Positions 61,732 to 64,000 of a stretch of 64,000 bases of DNA are shown piece by piece. Within the stretch, counting starts at the first letter, position 1. Each line of letters begins with the position of its first letter. The stretch is from Alphaproteobacteria bacterium. GTDB taxonomy: Bacteria; Pseudomonadota; Alphaproteobacteria; SP197. Both the position numbers and the translations under genes were made by a program. The notes under the pieces are model-generated. The model did not search any database. It was not told the DNA's origin and saw only the letters and a program-made list of their open reading frames with translations. The stretch spans positions 1,216,001-1,280,000 of the forward strand of contig OZ219918.1 of the NCBI GenBank assembly GCA_964291415.2, in the 5' to 3' direction.

Positions 61732-62738
61732 CGTGTCGCTCCGTCCCGGTTGAGCCTTTCAGTTGCGATGCGCCGAACCGTTTCCCGCAGGGCCATCTCG
61801 CCCAGATAGAACGGCTGAACCAGCCGTGGCCGGTTTCGGGGCAATTCCTCCTTGGAATCCTGAAGGCGCATCCGGGCAGAGACGGCCAGCGGCCGATCGC
61901 CCGGCGATGCGTCGGCCAGAAGATATGCAATGGCATCTCGCCAATCCGTCGGAAGAGCCGCGTCCCTCAACGGAGCCAGCCAGAGATCGACGATGACGGA
62001 CTCCCGCTCCTCCCCGACAGCAAAGACGTCGGCCATGTTTCCCAGCACATTCCGTGCATTGTCAATCAAGCCCCAAGCATCCCTGTCGTCCGGGCCCTTC
62101 AGACGCAGGAACGCGCCGAATTCGTTCCAATAGAGGTCGTTGGCAGCCAGCAGCACTCGCAACAATGGAGGAACCGCCTTGAATCTGTTACTCAGCAATC
62201 GCTCCTTCGCAGCGGCAACGGAAGTCCAGGCCCGACCTTCTAATTTCTGATCTGCCAGGTCCTGTTGCAGGTCCGAAAGCCGGTGTTCCGTGGATTCGAT
62301 ATGGTTCGCAAGCCTCTGGTCGAGTTCCTCAACCTCGGTCCTCAATTCCTGGTGCCGCTCCTGGAGCTTCATCACGCCCTGGCGAGTCTCCAGAAGCCGT
62401 TTCGCAACACGAGCCAGGGCAATGTCCGATTCCGCCTGCGCCGCCTGGAGTCCGTGCAGCCATTCGTTCATGTTGCGCAGCACGCCTCGTGTTCCGCTGT
62501 CTATGCCTTGCTGCCGCCGCGCCGAGGTCCCGGTCACGAGATCCCAGGCCCGTCCTAGGAAGGATCCCGGGTTTTCGTCTCTGAACCTGAGATGATCGTC
62601 CACGACCTCCAGGCCGTTGACGACGTCCACAACTGCCTTCTCCCGCACCTTTGGGAAGTCGGCGAGTACTCCCAACGACAGTGGTCCTGCCGGAAGGTCA
62701 CCGCGATTCATTGCCGCATTCTCCCGCACTATCGTCAT
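61728..62738 (-). CDS. YjcZ/RdcB-like protein
   Basis: VVDVVNG, central coiled coil, NDLYWNEFGAFLR and C-terminal PRL resemble E. coli YjcZ (from recall). 4-bp overlaps with both neighbours. Confidence 0.65.
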   Translation of the reverse strand: MTIVRENAAMNRGDLPAGPLSLGVLADFPKVREKAVVDVVNGLEVVDDHLRFRDENPGSFLGRAWDLVTGTSARRQQGIDSGTRGVLRNMNEWLHGLQAAQAESDIALARVAKRLLETRQGVMKLQERHQELRTEVEELDQRLANHIESTEHRLSDLQQDLADQKLEGRAWTSVAAAKERLLSNRFKAVPPLLRVLLAANDLYWNEFGAFLRLKGPDDRDAWGLIDNARNVLGNMADVFAVGEERESVIVDLWLAPLRDAALPTDWRDAIAYLLADASPGDRPLAVSARMRLQDSKEELPRNRPRLVQPFYLGEMALRETVRRIATERLNRDGATR

Positions 62739-64000
62739 CGGACACTGAGAAGGCGACCCGCTGCCTTCTCGAAGTCCCCCACATTCGCACGGCTGTCACC
62801 AGCCTCTTCTTCCATCCTCCTTATGGCTGTGAGAAAATGCGCCTTGCGCTCTCGCTTCATCCTGCGTTCGCTCAACCCATCGACCAGACTCTGGTGATAC
62901 CCGTCCAGGAGCCTCAGAACGATGGTGAAACTGTCATCGACATGCTGCTTCCAGTCGTCAATACTAGCCTCCGCACGTTTGCGATAGCTCTCCAAAGTAT
63001 CGGTCACGCCCTTCTTGAGGGACGCGATGACGTCATTGCGATAAATCACATATACGACTTTCGTATGGTGGACCTCTCGTTTGCCCCACCCGAATGCGTC
63101 AAAGGGATCCAAGAAATTCGCTAGCTCGTGTGTCACCACCGTCCTTGGCCGTGACTTTCGTCTTTCCCTTTCCCGTTGAAAAGCAATATCGGCTGGCTTG
63201 GCGCAATCCTTGCCCGGATCAAAGTGCGGGACCTGAAGACTCAATTCGAAGCCACCATCGCCCAAAGCGCGACGAGCAGCCTCCAACGCATCGGCCACAC
63301 CAGTGTCCACCTTGCGTGCCAGATCGACATGGGTGCTGTCCATGAGTGCGCTAATCGATGAAGAAGCGTCCTTCACAATCTGATCTGCTAGCTTTAGGTA
63401 GACTTTCTTGATCCTATTGCATGCATTGCGCCAACACTCTTCGTTGTCGTATTCCAGTTTCCCATCCTCGAATTGCTCTATAAGGTCCTCCGGGTTCACA
63501 ATGCCAGAGTTGGTGGATCGCCTTGTGTTGGATGGTACATCGATCAATCGTCTTTCGTTCTGGATATCTTCGATAAACGTGCGGATGTTTTTTGTACTAG
63601 TCTTGTTGTTTGCGTTGCGCAGGATATTGTCTAACTTCTCGCTGAGGTCCTGCATGGTCGAAGTGAGCCATGCGTCAAGGTCGCATCTTGCCTTCTTGGT
63701 GGCCTGGCTACACTCCTCCATGCTCTGAATGGTTTGCTCCAGATTCGCCCTGTCAATGGTCAAAGACCCGGTGAACAGTTTCAAGTGATGTTCAATATCG
63801 TTGCCGTACTGTTTCAATTTTGTCAAAGCGGATTGAAGGGCGAGTTCGCCGGCCCGCCGCTGCGCGGCCACAACGACACCATCAAGCAGAGGCTGGAATC
63901 TACTTTCGCACCAAAGATGATTTGCCACTTGCTCGACCTGCGCCAAATCCTGGAGCCATGTATCGTCACCACGGACATTTAGCTTGCCAAAGTCAGCGAC
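62735..64000 (-). CDS. CrfC/RdcA(YjdA)-like dynamin-family protein, C-terminal helical part (5' end outside window)
   Basis: Frame is open to the window edge. VADF...ANHLWCESRF...ALQSALTKLKQY resembles the post-GTPase region of CrfC (from recall). The GTPase domain is not visible. Confidence 0.6.
   Translation of the reverse strand, partial: VADFGKLNVRGDDTWLQDLAQVEQVANHLWCESRFQPLLDGVVVAAQRRAGELALQSALTKLKQYGNDIEHHLKLFTGSLTIDRANLEQTIQSMEECSQATKKARCDLDAWLTSTMQDLSEKLDNILRNANNKTSTKNIRTFIEDIQNERRLIDVPSNTRRSTNSGIVNPEDLIEQFEDGKLEYDNEECWRNACNRIKKVYLKLADQIVKDASSSISALMDSTHVDLARKVDTGVADALEAARRALGDGGFELSLQVPHFDPGKDCAKPADIAFQRERERRKSRPRTVVTHELANFLDPFDAFGWGKREVHHTKVVYVIYRNDVIASLKKGVTDTLESYRKRAEASIDDWKQHVDDSFTIVLRLLDGYHQSLVDGLSERRMKRERKAHFLTAIRRMEEEAGDSRANVGDFEKAAGRLLSVR

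Larger units (their letters stand above)
39630..64000. mobile_element. putative integrative mobilisable element / genomic island (right boundary not in window)
   Basis: Starts in a truncated gene. Contains RHH genes, a MobF relaxase, IS and integrase relics and lower-GC cargo. Confidence 0.6.

Noticed and set aside
1-64000. CRISPR arrays, tRNA/rRNA genes, tandem repeat arrays
   Set aside because: None seen by eye in the intergenic regions. Short structured ncRNAs cannot be excluded without a covariance-model search.

Overview
GC-rich window, probably from an alphaproteobacterium (inferred from gene content and order), in two halves. Positions 1-39.6 kb are mostly nitrogen and organic-compound catabolism: CmcJ/NvfI-like oxidoreductase, GST, DMT transporter, a methyltransferase-HNH fusion, aminotransferase, M24 peptidases, AmtB, amidase, CoxD/CoxE/XdhC/MocA-type molybdoenzyme maturation genes, threonine ammonia-lyase, a CntA-like Rieske oxygenase, an allantoicase plus amino-acid ABC operon ending in an atypical DRE-TIM enzyme, PncA, OsmC, 5'-nucleotidase and a Baeyer-Villiger monooxygenase, with a patch of decayed genes at 27.2-29.1 kb. 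Positions 39.6-64 kb are an accessory island that starts inside a 5'-truncated M24 peptidase gene. It carries three tandem RHH/MobC-like genes, a 1860-aa MobF relaxase-helicase, an IS5 relic and a secreted cysteine-loop peptide with a membrane partner. It also holds an IS66 (53690-58747, 8-bp TSD GCGCAAAC) whose tnpB is split by a 2.6-kb large-serine-recombinase element, tyrosine-integrase relics and a head-to-head fusion of two IS66 right ends. The best candidate for an undescribed system is a membrane-directed module: a CrfC/RdcA-like dynamin, a YjcZ/RdcB-like protein and a patatin phospholipase on the minus strand, facing a TerB-like protein and a YeeR-like nuclease-fold/glycine-zipper protein on the plus strand. 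All family calls come from motif reading and recall, not database searches.
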